From Fimbriimonadaceae bacterium (GTDB taxonomy: Bacteria; Armatimonadota; Fimbriimonadia; Fimbriimonadales; Fimbriimonadaceae): a DNA stretch of 64,000 nt. Both the position numbers and the translations under genes were made by a program. Positions 54,106-63,071 of the stretch are shown in pieces (position 1 is the first letter of the stretch; each line of letters starts with the position of its first letter). The notes beneath the pieces were generated by a model, which was not told where the DNA came from, ran no database searches, and worked only from the letters and a program-made list of their open reading frames with translations. The stretch spans positions 36,014 through 100,013 of the forward strand of contig JBJXDW010000010.1 of assembly GCA_046154445.1 (NCBI GenBank), read 5' to 3'.

Positions 54106-56667
54106 TTGAAAGCGCAAACTCCGATGTTGCAGCAGTACTTCCGGGCGAAAGAAGCTCATCCGGGGGTTTTGATGGCTATGCGGGTGGGGGATTTTTATGA
54201 ATTTTATGGTGAAGATGCAGAAACAGCGGCGCGGACTTTAGAGATTACATTGACGGGTCGCGAGGACGGCAAAAACGGTCGTATTTCGATGGCGGGGGTG
54301 CCGTATCATTCGGTGGAGAAGTACTTGGCGGGGTTGGTGCGAGCAGGGCACAAAGTGGCACTGTGCGACCAGGTGGAGGATCCGAAGAAGGCGCAGGGGC
54401 TGGTGAAGCGAGAGGTGACCCGTGTTTTGACGGCGGGGACATTGATGGAAGAATCGATGTTGACGCCTGGTAGTAATAACTTCCTAGCGGCGCTTTGCAT
54501 GGTGAACGGGAAAGCAGGGATAGCGACTCTGGATTCATCAACAGGGGAATTTATGGCGACGGAGATCGAGGGCGATCACGTTGCGGAGCGGATTTTGCAG
54601 GAGCTTGCGCGTTTAATGCCGGCGGAACTATTGTTTTCGGAAAAATATGCGAGTGGTGTGGAGGAAACTGCGGCGCAGGGATTGGGGATTATTTCGACTA
54701 ATTTGGATGGGGTTGATTCACGGAGGGCGGATCGTCTTTTGAAGGATCAGTTTTCTGTGAGTGGGTTGGGGGGATTTGGGCTTGAGGATCGGGTGGGAGC
54801 GAGTGTGGCGGCGGGGATGGTTTTGGATTATGCGCGGACAAATGGGATCGGGCTTTCGCACGTTTCGGGGATTTCATATTATTCTACCGATGGGTTTATG
54901 CAGCTTGATCCGAGTACTCGGCGAAGTTTGGAACTGACGCAGAACTTGGCAGAAGGGGGGCGGCGGAATACGCTTTTGAGCGTGCTAGATGAAACGGTCA
55001 CGACAATGGGGGCGCGTCTTTTGCGGCGATGGATTGAGCAGCCTTTGCTTGATGGGGAGTTGATTCGGTCGAGACTGGAGGCGGTGGAACGATTTGGGGG
55101 CCATGTTTTGGTGCGGGCGGATTTGCGGTCGGGGTTGAAACGACTGAGTGATATTGAGCGGTCGGTAAGCCGGTGTGCCAGTGGTTTGGCTTCGCCGCGG
55201 GATTTGTTGGGGCTAAGAGATTCTTTGGAGGCGCTACCGGCAATAGAGGACGCGGTGCGGAAAGTGGCTTTGGGGCACATTAAGAAACTCAAAGACGACT
55301 TTGATCGGCATGAAAATTTGGCAGAGCAGCTGCGACGGGGGGTTGCTGATGCGGCTCCGGTGACAGCTCGAGATGGGGGAGTGATTAAGGCAGGTTTTGA
55401 CGTTGAGCTTGATGAATTGCGTCGGTTGGCGAAAGATGGCAAAGGTTATATCGCAAGGTTAGAAGCCAAGGAAAGGGAAGCGACAGGGCTCGATAAGCTG
55501 AAGGTTGGCTATAACTCCGTGTTTGGATATTATTTAGAAGTTTCTCGAGCTATGGCGGATCGCGTGCCGGATCATTACATTCGCAAGCAGACTTTGGCGA
55601 ATGCCGAAAGATACATCACGGCTGAATTGAAGGAGCACGAGTCGGCGGTTTTAGGTGCGGAGGAGAAGGCTGATGAATTGGAGTTTGATATTTTCACGCG
55701 GCTCCGAGATTTGGTGGCGTCGCATGGGCCAGCATTGCTGAAAACGGCTCGGGTGATTGCAGAGCTTGATGTTTTATGTACTTTTTCGGAAGTTGGGCTT
55801 TCGCGAAAGTACGTGAAGCCGGAGATAGTTGAGGACGACGGTTTGGAAGTTGTGGCGGGGCGGCATCCGGTGGTGGATTCGGGGGTAGGAACATATGTGC
55901 CGAATGATTTGGATTTAGGGGATGAGACTCGTCTGATTGTTCTAACGGGGCCGAATATGAGCGGGAAGTCGACTTACTTGAGGCAGGCGGCTTTGATCGT
56001 GGTGATGGCTCAGATTGGGTGTTTTGTTCCGGCGACGAGTTGCCGGATGGGGCTGTGTGACCGGGTGTTTACGCGGATTGGGGCAAAGGATGAGATTGCG
56101 CTTGGGCAGAGCACATTTATGGTTGAGATGGTTGAGAGTGCGAATATTTTGAATAATGCTACGGCGCGGAGTCTGGTGGTTTTGGATGAGGTGGGTCGGG
56201 GGACTTCGACGTTTGACGGGCTCGCAATTGCGTGGGCGATGGTTGAGTATTTAGCGAATACGCGGGCGAAGACACTCTTTGCGACGCACTACCACCAGAT
56301 TAATCAGATTGCGGAGCAGACTCCGGGAGTTGCAAACTATAGGGTGGCGGTTGAAGAACGTGGGGATCAGATTATTTGGGCACATAAGGTTTTGCCGGGT
56401 GGGACGGACCGTAGCTATGGTTTACATGTTGCAAAAATGGCGGGGGTGCCGCCTTCTGTGGTGCGCCGAGCAGAAGAAGTGTTGAATTCTTTGGAGGGCC
56501 GAGAGGATACGGTGACGGTTCCGGTGAGTTTGCAGCGGATGCAGATGTCGCTTTTTGAGGTTGAGCCTCATGCCGTGGTGGAGGCATTGAAGGGTCTGGA
56601 CGTGAATCAGCTTTCGCCACTTGAGGCATTGATGAAGCTAGATGAGTGGAAAAAATCGCTTGGTTAG
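54106..56667 (+). CDS. mutS: DNA mismatch repair protein MutS
   Basis: TPMLQQY, GDFYE, TGPNMSGKSTY, STFMVEM, DEVGRGTST and SYGLHVA. Confidence 0.97.
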   Translation: MKAQTPMLQQYFRAKEAHPGVLMAMRVGDFYEFYGEDAETAARTLEITLTGREDGKNGRISMAGVPYHSVEKYLAGLVRAGHKVALCDQVEDPKKAQGLVKREVTRVLTAGTLMEESMLTPGSNNFLAALCMVNGKAGIATLDSSTGEFMATEIEGDHVAERILQELARLMPAELLFSEKYASGVEETAAQGLGIISTNLDGVDSRRADRLLKDQFSVSGLGGFGLEDRVGASVAAGMVLDYARTNGIGLSHVSGISYYSTDGFMQLDPSTRRSLELTQNLAEGGRRNTLLSVLDETVTTMGARLLRRWIEQPLLDGELIRSRLEAVERFGGHVLVRADLRSGLKRLSDIERSVSRCASGLASPRDLLGLRDSLEALPAIEDAVRKVALGHIKKLKDDFDRHENLAEQLRRGVADAAPVTARDGGVIKAGFDVELDELRRLAKDGKGYIARLEAKEREATGLDKLKVGYNSVFGYYLEVSRAMADRVPDHYIRKQTLANAERYITAELKEHESAVLGAEEKADELEFDIFTRLRDLVASHGPALLKTARVIAELDVLCTFSEVGLSRKYVKPEIVEDDGLEVVAGRHPVVDSGVGTYVPNDLDLGDETRLIVLTGPNMSGKSTYLRQAALIVVMAQIGCFVPATSCRMGLCDRVFTRIGAKDEIALGQSTFMVEMVESANILNNATARSLVVLDEVGRGTSTFDGLAIAWAMVEYLANTRAKTLFATHYHQINQIAEQTPGVANYRVAVEERGDQIIWAHKVLPGGTDRSYGLHVAKMAGVPPSVVRRAEEVLNSLEGREDTVTVPVSLQRMQMSLFEVEPHAVVEALKGLDVNQLSPLEALMKLDEWKKSLG

Positions 56668-57002
56668 GAGTTTTCGAAATAGAGATGAGTGTGGTTGCGA
56701 CAGCCGGGGTTGAATTGAGCAGCACAGTTTGGACATGCGTCGCCGGGAAGTTGATATTCGACAATTGTTAATTGGTGACCACAGTTTCCGCAGAGAATGG
56801 CAAGTCGATCACGGTCGGTGGTCGGCCACGTTTTTGCAGGGTGATCAGCGAGAGATTTGTGGCAGTCGAAACAGCAATAGAACTCTTGACAACAAGGGAA
56901 TTTGATTGCGATAACATCGAGATTCGAGTGCCAGTGCTCGCATTCTGTCTTTGCTCCGATTTGGAGACCGTGAACATGTACGCCGTGGATCAGCCTCATC
57001 AT
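56664..57002 (-). CDS. CHY zinc-finger protein
   Basis: CEHWHS..DVIAIKFPCCQEFYCCFDCH...CGNC...CPNCAAQFNPGC..H. Confidence 0.88.
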   Translation of the reverse strand: MMRLIHGVHVHGLQIGAKTECEHWHSNLDVIAIKFPCCQEFYCCFDCHKSLADHPAKTWPTTDRDRLAILCGNCGHQLTIVEYQLPGDACPNCAAQFNPGCRNHTHLYFENS

Positions 57003-57021
57003 TTCAACAGAGCTTACTGGA

Positions 57022-57807
57022 CTACAGGAATTTATTGAGTGGGCCGTTTGAGCGGGCGGTACCGGTCATTGTGGCTTGCTGGGCGAGCTTGACTTGGGTG
57101 TCTGAGATGACGTTTTGGAGGCTGAGGAGGGTGGTTCGTGCTTCGTTGAGAGATCGTTTAGCACGTTCGGTTGTATGCGGTCCGTTGTCGGAGATGTTTT
57201 GAAGATCGGCGAGGATTCCGTTTGGTCCAGTGATGTGGAGGGTGACGACATTCATTGATTGCCGGATAAGGGATGGATCGCGATTGGTTGGGCTTGAATA
57301 TTCGGCAGACTTGCCATAGGCAGCGACGGCCCGTTGACTATGGGTGGGGAGGGTTTTACTGTAAAGATTGGCGTATTGGATACGAAATAGTTTCTCGCCG
57401 TCGGCTTGAGAGTGCGAGACGATTTCAGTGGCGGCGCTAACGGCGCTTTTGATGAGGCGCTGGTTATTTTTTGCACTGGCAGGGCCGTAACCAGACGTTG
57501 AAACGCCTTGATAAACGCCATCGATGAGGTCGCTCAATTGATGGAGGGTTGATTGAGCGGCCTCGAGACGATTTTTAGCCCGAATGTAATCAGGGTGGAG
57601 TTCATCGATTGGGCCGGGACCGCCGCCGCCGGATGAAACTCCGTTTTGTTTTTGAGAGTTTGAATTGCTTTGTTGGTTTGCGGCCCCGCTAGCAGGAGAT
57701 TTGTTAACAGAATTTGCGCGAGCAGCGACGTGCTGCTGAAAAATGGGGTGCTGTATGGCAACTGGGACGATAGGTTCCTGGCTGACTGGGCGATCGAGGG
57801 AATGCAA
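57022..57807 (-). CDS. Helical hypothetical protein, distantly flagellin-like
   Basis: Coiled-coil segments; SHSQADGEKLF and AKRSLNEARTTLLSLQNVIS echo flagellin D1 motifs. Start uncertain. Confidence 0.6.
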   Translation of the reverse strand: MHSLDRPVSQEPIVPVAIQHPIFQQHVAARANSVNKSPASGAANQQSNSNSQKQNGVSSGGGGPGPIDELHPDYIRAKNRLEAAQSTLHQLSDLIDGVYQGVSTSGYGPASAKNNQRLIKSAVSAATEIVSHSQADGEKLFRIQYANLYSKTLPTHSQRAVAAYGKSAEYSSPTNRDPSLIRQSMNVVTLHITGPNGILADLQNISDNGPHTTERAKRSLNEARTTLLSLQNVISDTQVKLAQQATMTGTARSNGPLNKFL

Positions 57808-57892
57808 AGCAATTTGAGGCGCACCTATGGTGTCTCAAATGATTTGTTCCTTGAGCCTGATTTTAGGTTAACGGTAGGGTTGCCGGGTTAAC

Positions 57893-59452
57893 CTATTGGA
57901 TATGCCTGATTTCTTGCCAGAATTCGGGCACGGTTTTTTTGAGTCCGCGCAGGATTGTGATTGGGGCGTGGGATTCTTCAGGGACGGCCCATGGTTCGTT
58001 GAGCTGGGCAACTTGGAGGCATGATTCGAAGCTGTTTTCGATTTGGGGGGTGAGCGTTCCGACGACAATGAGGGATTGACCGTCCCAGTCGCCGGGCCCC
58101 CAGAGCCAGTATTCGTTGTGCCGACCGATTACTTTGAAATTGGGTTTGTCGCGATTGTTGAACCAGATGGCAGCGCTTTCACCATAATTCATGCCGAAGA
58201 CGGGGGTGCGATTTCGCTCTTCTTCGGGAAGGGATTCCCAGATTTTGTAGGTGACGCGGGCCATTTTTGGCCAGCCAAACATATCGGCGTGGCCCTGGAG
58301 GGGTGATTTTTTGCCGACTTCGGATGCGGGGACATCGACTTGGGCTCCGGAGACGATGCGGTTTACGACTTTTTCGAAGATTGTTGGAGGGAGAAGGGGG
58401 AGGGCGAGGGCAAGGCAGAAGATTGAGGAAAGGACAAAGGCAGCGGCGTAGGTGTTGAGGCGAGCTTTTGACTTTGCGAGCCATTCGCTGAGGACGATTG
58501 CGCCGAATGGGACGACGAAGATGTAGGCGGGAGCGGGGTAGTTTTCGCGGCTCCGCATGGAGATGAGTAGGATCGTGATAACAAGAAAATACGTAACGGC
58601 GAAGGGTCGCCATTTGGGGTTTTTGATTGCGGCATAGATACCGAGTATCCAGAGGGTGGCGAGGACGGGATTGGTGACAACGACCTGCACGCCGAGGATG
58701 ATCCAGGGAGGTTGGGCGACCATTTTGAATTCGGCGGCGTTGCGGACAAATTCTTGGGTGATCCATCCGTGTTCTTGTTGCCAGATGAAGTGGGGGAAGA
58801 AGATGATGAAGGCGATGACAATTGCGAGCCAGGGGTAGATGGATTTGAGCTCGATGCGGCGGTAACTGAAGAGGGTGCTTAGTCCGACTCCTGCGACAAG
58901 CCACGCTCCACTGAGCTTGTTGAGCATGGCAATTCCGCAGATGAGTCCGACGTAGAGCCAGAGTTTTGGGTTTTTGTCTTGATCGGCTTTGAGCCAGAGG
59001 AGAGCGGCGGCGGCCCAGATAGTGATATCGATGCCGTTCATCGAATAAAGGTGGGTGACAACGGCACAGACGGGTGCGAGGCCAGCAAAGAGGCATGCGA
59101 GGGTTTGTCCGAGACGGTCTGCTCCTAATCTAGCGGCGATGAGACCGTAAAGGATGACCGTGCCGATGCTGGCGAGGATTCCGGGGACTCGGACGGCCCA
59201 GAGTTCGGGGCCAAGGATTGAGGTGAATAATTTGAGGATTGCAACAGATAGGGGCGGGTGATCGACATAGCCCCAGTCGAGGCGGTTGGCGCAGGCGAGG
59301 TAGTAGAGTTCGTCGCGGAAGTAGCCGTAGCCGTTTATGCAGAGTAAGTGGATTATGAGAGTGAGAGCGGCGACGCCAAAAATCGCGGGCCACACGGGTG
59401 CGGTAGGTATGAGTTCTCGTTGTGGCTTGGTTGCCGGTGCATCGTTTGGCAT
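57893..59452 (-). CDS. GT39/ArnT-like membrane glycosyltransferase
   Basis: YGYFRDELYY..C...DWGYVDHPPL and many TM segments. Confidence 0.9.
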   Translation of the reverse strand: MPNDAPATKPQRELIPTAPVWPAIFGVAALTLIIHLLCINGYGYFRDELYYLACANRLDWGYVDHPPLSVAILKLFTSILGPELWAVRVPGILASIGTVILYGLIAARLGADRLGQTLACLFAGLAPVCAVVTHLYSMNGIDITIWAAAALLWLKADQDKNPKLWLYVGLICGIAMLNKLSGAWLVAGVGLSTLFSYRRIELKSIYPWLAIVIAFIIFFPHFIWQQEHGWITQEFVRNAAEFKMVAQPPWIILGVQVVVTNPVLATLWILGIYAAIKNPKWRPFAVTYFLVITILLISMRSRENYPAPAYIFVVPFGAIVLSEWLAKSKARLNTYAAAFVLSSIFCLALALPLLPPTIFEKVVNRIVSGAQVDVPASEVGKKSPLQGHADMFGWPKMARVTYKIWESLPEEERNRTPVFGMNYGESAAIWFNNRDKPNFKVIGRHNEYWLWGPGDWDGQSLIVVGTLTPQIENSFESCLQVAQLNEPWAVPEESHAPITILRGLKKTVPEFWQEIRHIQ

Positions 59453-59564
59453 CGCAGTCGGTGGTTCCTTGATGTTACTTGAGTCAACGGAAATTGACCG
59501 GACTTGGTTTTGGGGGTCTTAGTTGAATCGCGTACAATAGGGAAAGCGGTGACGCTTTTTGGGG

Positions 59565-60356
59565 ATGCAAGAACGTAAAAGATACCGATCGGTGTTCGTC
59601 TCGGACATTCATATAGGCGCGGTGGGTTCTCAGACGGAAAAGTCGTTGCGATTTTTGGAATCGGTTGAGTGTGAGTATTTGTATCTGGTGGGAGACCTCA
59701 TTGACGGTTGGGTTGGACGTAAAGACCGGAAGTGGGGGCCGATGGCGACGGGGGTTTTGCGGGAGATTTTGGAGCAGGGGAACCGGGGCACGATTGTTCG
59801 TTATACGCCGGGGAATCATGATGCCTTTATGCGGCGGGTGCATGGGGTTCAACTTGGTAATATTTATATTGAACCGAGTTTTTTGCATGAAACGGTGGAT
59901 GGTAAGGACTTACTGGTTGTGCACGGAGATATTTTTGACAGGAGTTGCACGAAGTATCAACCGATTGCGTTCGTTGGTGCTTGGGCTTATGAGGTTTTGG
60001 GGATGGCGAATGCGAGCCTGAATAAGAAACGCGGGGAGGATGGGAAGCGCCCGATTGATTTTACGACGGTGACAAAGCGGAAGATCAAAAAATTCATTGG
60101 TAAGGCAACGCATTATGAAGACCTGGTCATGAATTATGCTCGGGAGGCGGGTTTTGATGGCGTTGTTTGCGGTCACGTACATCGTCCACAGATTGCGGTT
60201 CAGAATGACGAGTTTTTGTATGTGAATACGGGTGATTGGGTTGAGCATCAGACGGCGGTTGTTGAGCACTTTGATGGTCGTCTTGAGCTATTGAATCTTG
60301 CAGAAGAGATTGAGGTGAGCGGGAGAAAACGGTTGGTGAAATTATCAACCAAATAG
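59565..60356 (+). CDS. Calcineurin-like metallophosphoesterase (UDP-2,3-diacylglucosamine diphosphatase-like)
   Basis: SDIH, GDLID, GNHD, HGD, CGHVH and NTGDW; start set at ATG 59565. Confidence 0.88.
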   Translation: MQERKRYRSVFVSDIHIGAVGSQTEKSLRFLESVECEYLYLVGDLIDGWVGRKDRKWGPMATGVLREILEQGNRGTIVRYTPGNHDAFMRRVHGVQLGNIYIEPSFLHETVDGKDLLVVHGDIFDRSCTKYQPIAFVGAWAYEVLGMANASLNKKRGEDGKRPIDFTTVTKRKIKKFIGKATHYEDLVMNYAREAGFDGVVCGHVHRPQIAVQNDEFLYVNTGDWVEHQTAVVEHFDGRLELLNLAEEIEVSGRKRLVKLSTK

Positions 60357-60366
60357 TTGATTAGTT

Positions 60367-61167
60367 ATGTTGATGCGGTTTTTGGAGTTCGTTGGGGTCA
60401 GGCAGCTCCACTTGTTTACTTGCCGATGTACGGGAGAAAACCCATTGCCGAGTTTGAGTACGGCTTCGGCTTGCCATGAGTTTTCTGGTGAGCAACTTTG
60501 GGAAATGCAGTCGGGGGCTCGCTATTTTGGTCTGGCTAACTTTTGGAGGATGATCTTTCATATACCTGTTCTCTTGTTATTGATTAAGTTTGAGTCGGGT
60601 TGGATTATGTGGCTTTATGTTGTGCTTGTGGTATTTCATGCCTCGCTTTTGGTCATGGAGAGTTACAAGTCGGCGGTGATGGCAAAGATATCGCCAAGTT
60701 TTACGGTAGAAAGTGCAAAAGAAGAACCTCAAATTAGTGAGACATGGGGGGATTGGCTTTTTGCGCCAAAGAAGTGGGAGACAGATGGGCTTTATCGGGC
60801 GGCGGGCTTATTCATGTTCCAGCATTTGGTTGAATATGTGATTGATCATTTACGATTGACAAAGCGGGAGCGGATCGAAGGCAAGACGGTTGAGTATGTT
60901 GGGCGGAGCACTAACGATTTAATTAGGTTTGAAAATGGGTCACGGGTGAGTGAGTTGGTTCACTTGACAATGGCAGTTCTTGATATTTTGCCTCTAGCCT
61001 TTGTGATTTGGAAAGGGTTGTGGTTGGCGGTTCCCTATACGTTTTATGTGATTTGGAGCGACTTTTATTGTGCGTTATTGCAGCGATTGCATCGGCGTCG
61101 CGTTTGGCCGATCATTATGCGTGCCAGGAAACAGGCAGAGCGTCGGGCGGCGAAAGCGAATGAGTAA
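60367..61167 (+). CDS. CrtO-like (glycosyl-carotenoid acyltransferase family) membrane protein, apparently two repeats
   Basis: LYRAAGL..F...RFENGSRVSELVH...FYCALLQRLHRRRV matches the CrtO pattern as I recall it; the N-half has a similar layout. Confidence 0.6.
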   Translation: MLMRFLEFVGVRQLHLFTCRCTGENPLPSLSTASACHEFSGEQLWEMQSGARYFGLANFWRMIFHIPVLLLLIKFESGWIMWLYVVLVVFHASLLVMESYKSAVMAKISPSFTVESAKEEPQISETWGDWLFAPKKWETDGLYRAAGLFMFQHLVEYVIDHLRLTKRERIEGKTVEYVGRSTNDLIRFENGSRVSELVHLTMAVLDILPLAFVIWKGLWLAVPYTFYVIWSDFYCALLQRLHRRRVWPIIMRARKQAERRAAKANE

Positions 61168-62242
61168 ACCACGGCTCTTAATCCTTTCGGCGTCGACAGG
61201 CAATGGTCATATGTCGGCGGCTTATGCGGTGGCGGCAGAGGCCGAAATTGCAGGGATGGCGGCGGAAGTGATTGATGTTTTGGACTTCACTTCGGCGGGA
61301 TTTACAAGTTGGTACCGAGGTGGATATGAGAAACTTGTTAAAGATAAACCTGCTGTTTGGGGACATTTATACAAGAGCTCTGATCGACCACTTTTTAACT
61401 ATACATTTCAAACGGGGCTTGACTACGTTTTTACGAAGCGGGTGAGGAAGGCGATTCAGGAATTTAAGCCAGATTGGGTGATTTGTACGCATAGTTTGCC
61501 TCAACCGAGGCTAGTGCCGTTGCGGCGGGAATTTGGGTTTCGTATTGGGATAGTGGTGACAGATTTGTATGTTCATCGGATGTGGTTACGGGGTCGTCCG
61601 GATTATTTTTTTGTTCCTCAGCAGTGGTCAAGGGAGGTTTTGATGCGTCGGCGCCCGTCGCTTGGAAAACACTCGTTGGTGACAGGGATTCCCATTCATC
61701 CGGTGTTTGGTGAAATCAAATTTGAACGCGAGTGGGGCGGAGAGAAAGTGGCATTGGTTTCTTCGGGAGGGATCGGTGGGGGGCCGTTGGTGGGGGCGGT
61801 TCAGCAGGTTTTGGATGCTGGATGGCGGGTAAAGGTCATAGCGGGGCGGAATGAAGCGGTTAAAGAAGACTTAACGATGGCATTTGGAGATAACCAAATG
61901 GTGGAAATATTTGGGCATATTGATCAGAATAAGATGGCCGAACTGATGCAGACTTGCCATTTGCTAGTTAGCAAACCGGGAGGATTGACGACGTTTGAGA
62001 GTTTGGCGAGCGGCATCCCATTTATGGTTTATTGGCCGTTTTTGATTCCGGGGCAGGAGGAGGGAAATGCGTTGTTTTTGAAGGACTGTGGGGCAGGAGT
62101 CATTGTCACAGAAGTTCAGCAGATTGAATCTGAACTTGAGTATTTAGATGTTGAAAAGTTAAAGAAGATGTCCGAGAGTGGGTTGGCTCAGGCATTGCCC
62201 CATGCCGCACGGGACATTGTTGAAGCTCTTCAACGACTTTGA
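61160..62242 (+). CDS. MGDG synthase/UgtP-like glycosyltransferase (GT28)
   Basis: STGNGHMSAA, ICTH, VVTD, TGIPI, SKPGGLT..E and IPGQEEGNA; start set at ATG 61160. Confidence 0.9.
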   Translation: MSKPRLLILSASTGNGHMSAAYAVAAEAEIAGMAAEVIDVLDFTSAGFTSWYRGGYEKLVKDKPAVWGHLYKSSDRPLFNYTFQTGLDYVFTKRVRKAIQEFKPDWVICTHSLPQPRLVPLRREFGFRIGIVVTDLYVHRMWLRGRPDYFFVPQQWSREVLMRRRPSLGKHSLVTGIPIHPVFGEIKFEREWGGEKVALVSSGGIGGGPLVGAVQQVLDAGWRVKVIAGRNEAVKEDLTMAFGDNQMVEIFGHIDQNKMAELMQTCHLLVSKPGGLTTFESLASGIPFMVYWPFLIPGQEEGNALFLKDCGAGVIVTEVQQIESELEYLDVEKLKKMSESGLAQALPHAARDIVEALQRL

Positions 62243-62937
62243 TTTTTTGGGATGCAGATATCGCGGTATTTTGCGGCTAAGGTAAAGCCGTGACGATCGA
62301 AAAAGTCGCCCATGAGTCGGACAAATGTGCCGCCGATGAAGAGGAATTCGATGATCACGATGAGTGCTCCGGCGGGGGTGTGCTTTGCAAGATTGGGAGC
62401 AAATGTTGTTAATAGCAGATAAAAGGGGGTGAGGAGGATGTAGTTTATGAGCGAAAAACCGATAGCGATTGGGAGCGCGGCTTTGTGGACAGGCCACAAA
62501 TCGCGTTGGAGGGCGAGGAACTGTCCGCCGGGAGTGGGGCTGACTGATTGATAGATTTTTTTGTTATCAAGCCACCATCCGATTTGGAATGCGATTGCGG
62601 TGACGGTGAAACAGAGTGGCGGGGTGGCATAGAGGCCGAGGATTGGGTTTTCGAATCGGAATTGGAGTAGACCGCCAATGAAGATGCCGATGAGATTTGT
62701 CCATCCGGTGGCGAAGAAAACACCCATAAGTTTTCCTCGAAAGATGTCGGGGAGTTCGGCTTCGGTTGCCGTGCCAGCGAGGAGAGCTTTTCGACGTTCA
62801 AGTGCGGCCTTGGTGACGGCGAGGTCTTCTTTGAGGCGGCGAGCATGGTAGCGAATGCTCAGCATATCGGAGAGGGCATGCAGAATGGGGCGCTTTTTGG
62901 GTGAGTTTTCGAGATTGTCGTTTGGCGCCGATTGCAT
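62230..62937 (-). CDS. Hypothetical membrane protein
   Basis: 235 aa, about 4 TM segments, host-like codon bias. Confidence 0.7.
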   Translation of the reverse strand: MQSAPNDNLENSPKKRPILHALSDMLSIRYHARRLKEDLAVTKAALERRKALLAGTATEAELPDIFRGKLMGVFFATGWTNLIGIFIGGLLQFRFENPILGLYATPPLCFTVTAIAFQIGWWLDNKKIYQSVSPTPGGQFLALQRDLWPVHKAALPIAIGFSLINYILLTPFYLLLTTFAPNLAKHTPAGALIVIIEFLFIGGTFVRLMGDFFDRHGFTLAAKYRDICIPKNQSR

Positions 62938-63071
62938 GGTGATTAGGGAGTGGACTTCGAGTTTGAGGATACCTGGCTCTCTTTTTACGAGGTTGGCGAG
63001 CTAAACGTGTCGGAAATAGGGACTAAATGTGTTATGATTTTTTTTAGAACAGTTTTGGGATTTGCGGTTCT

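Noticed and set aside
60367-61167. Carotenoid biosynthesis cluster
   Set aside because: No crtB/M, crtI/N or crtP/Q genes in the window.
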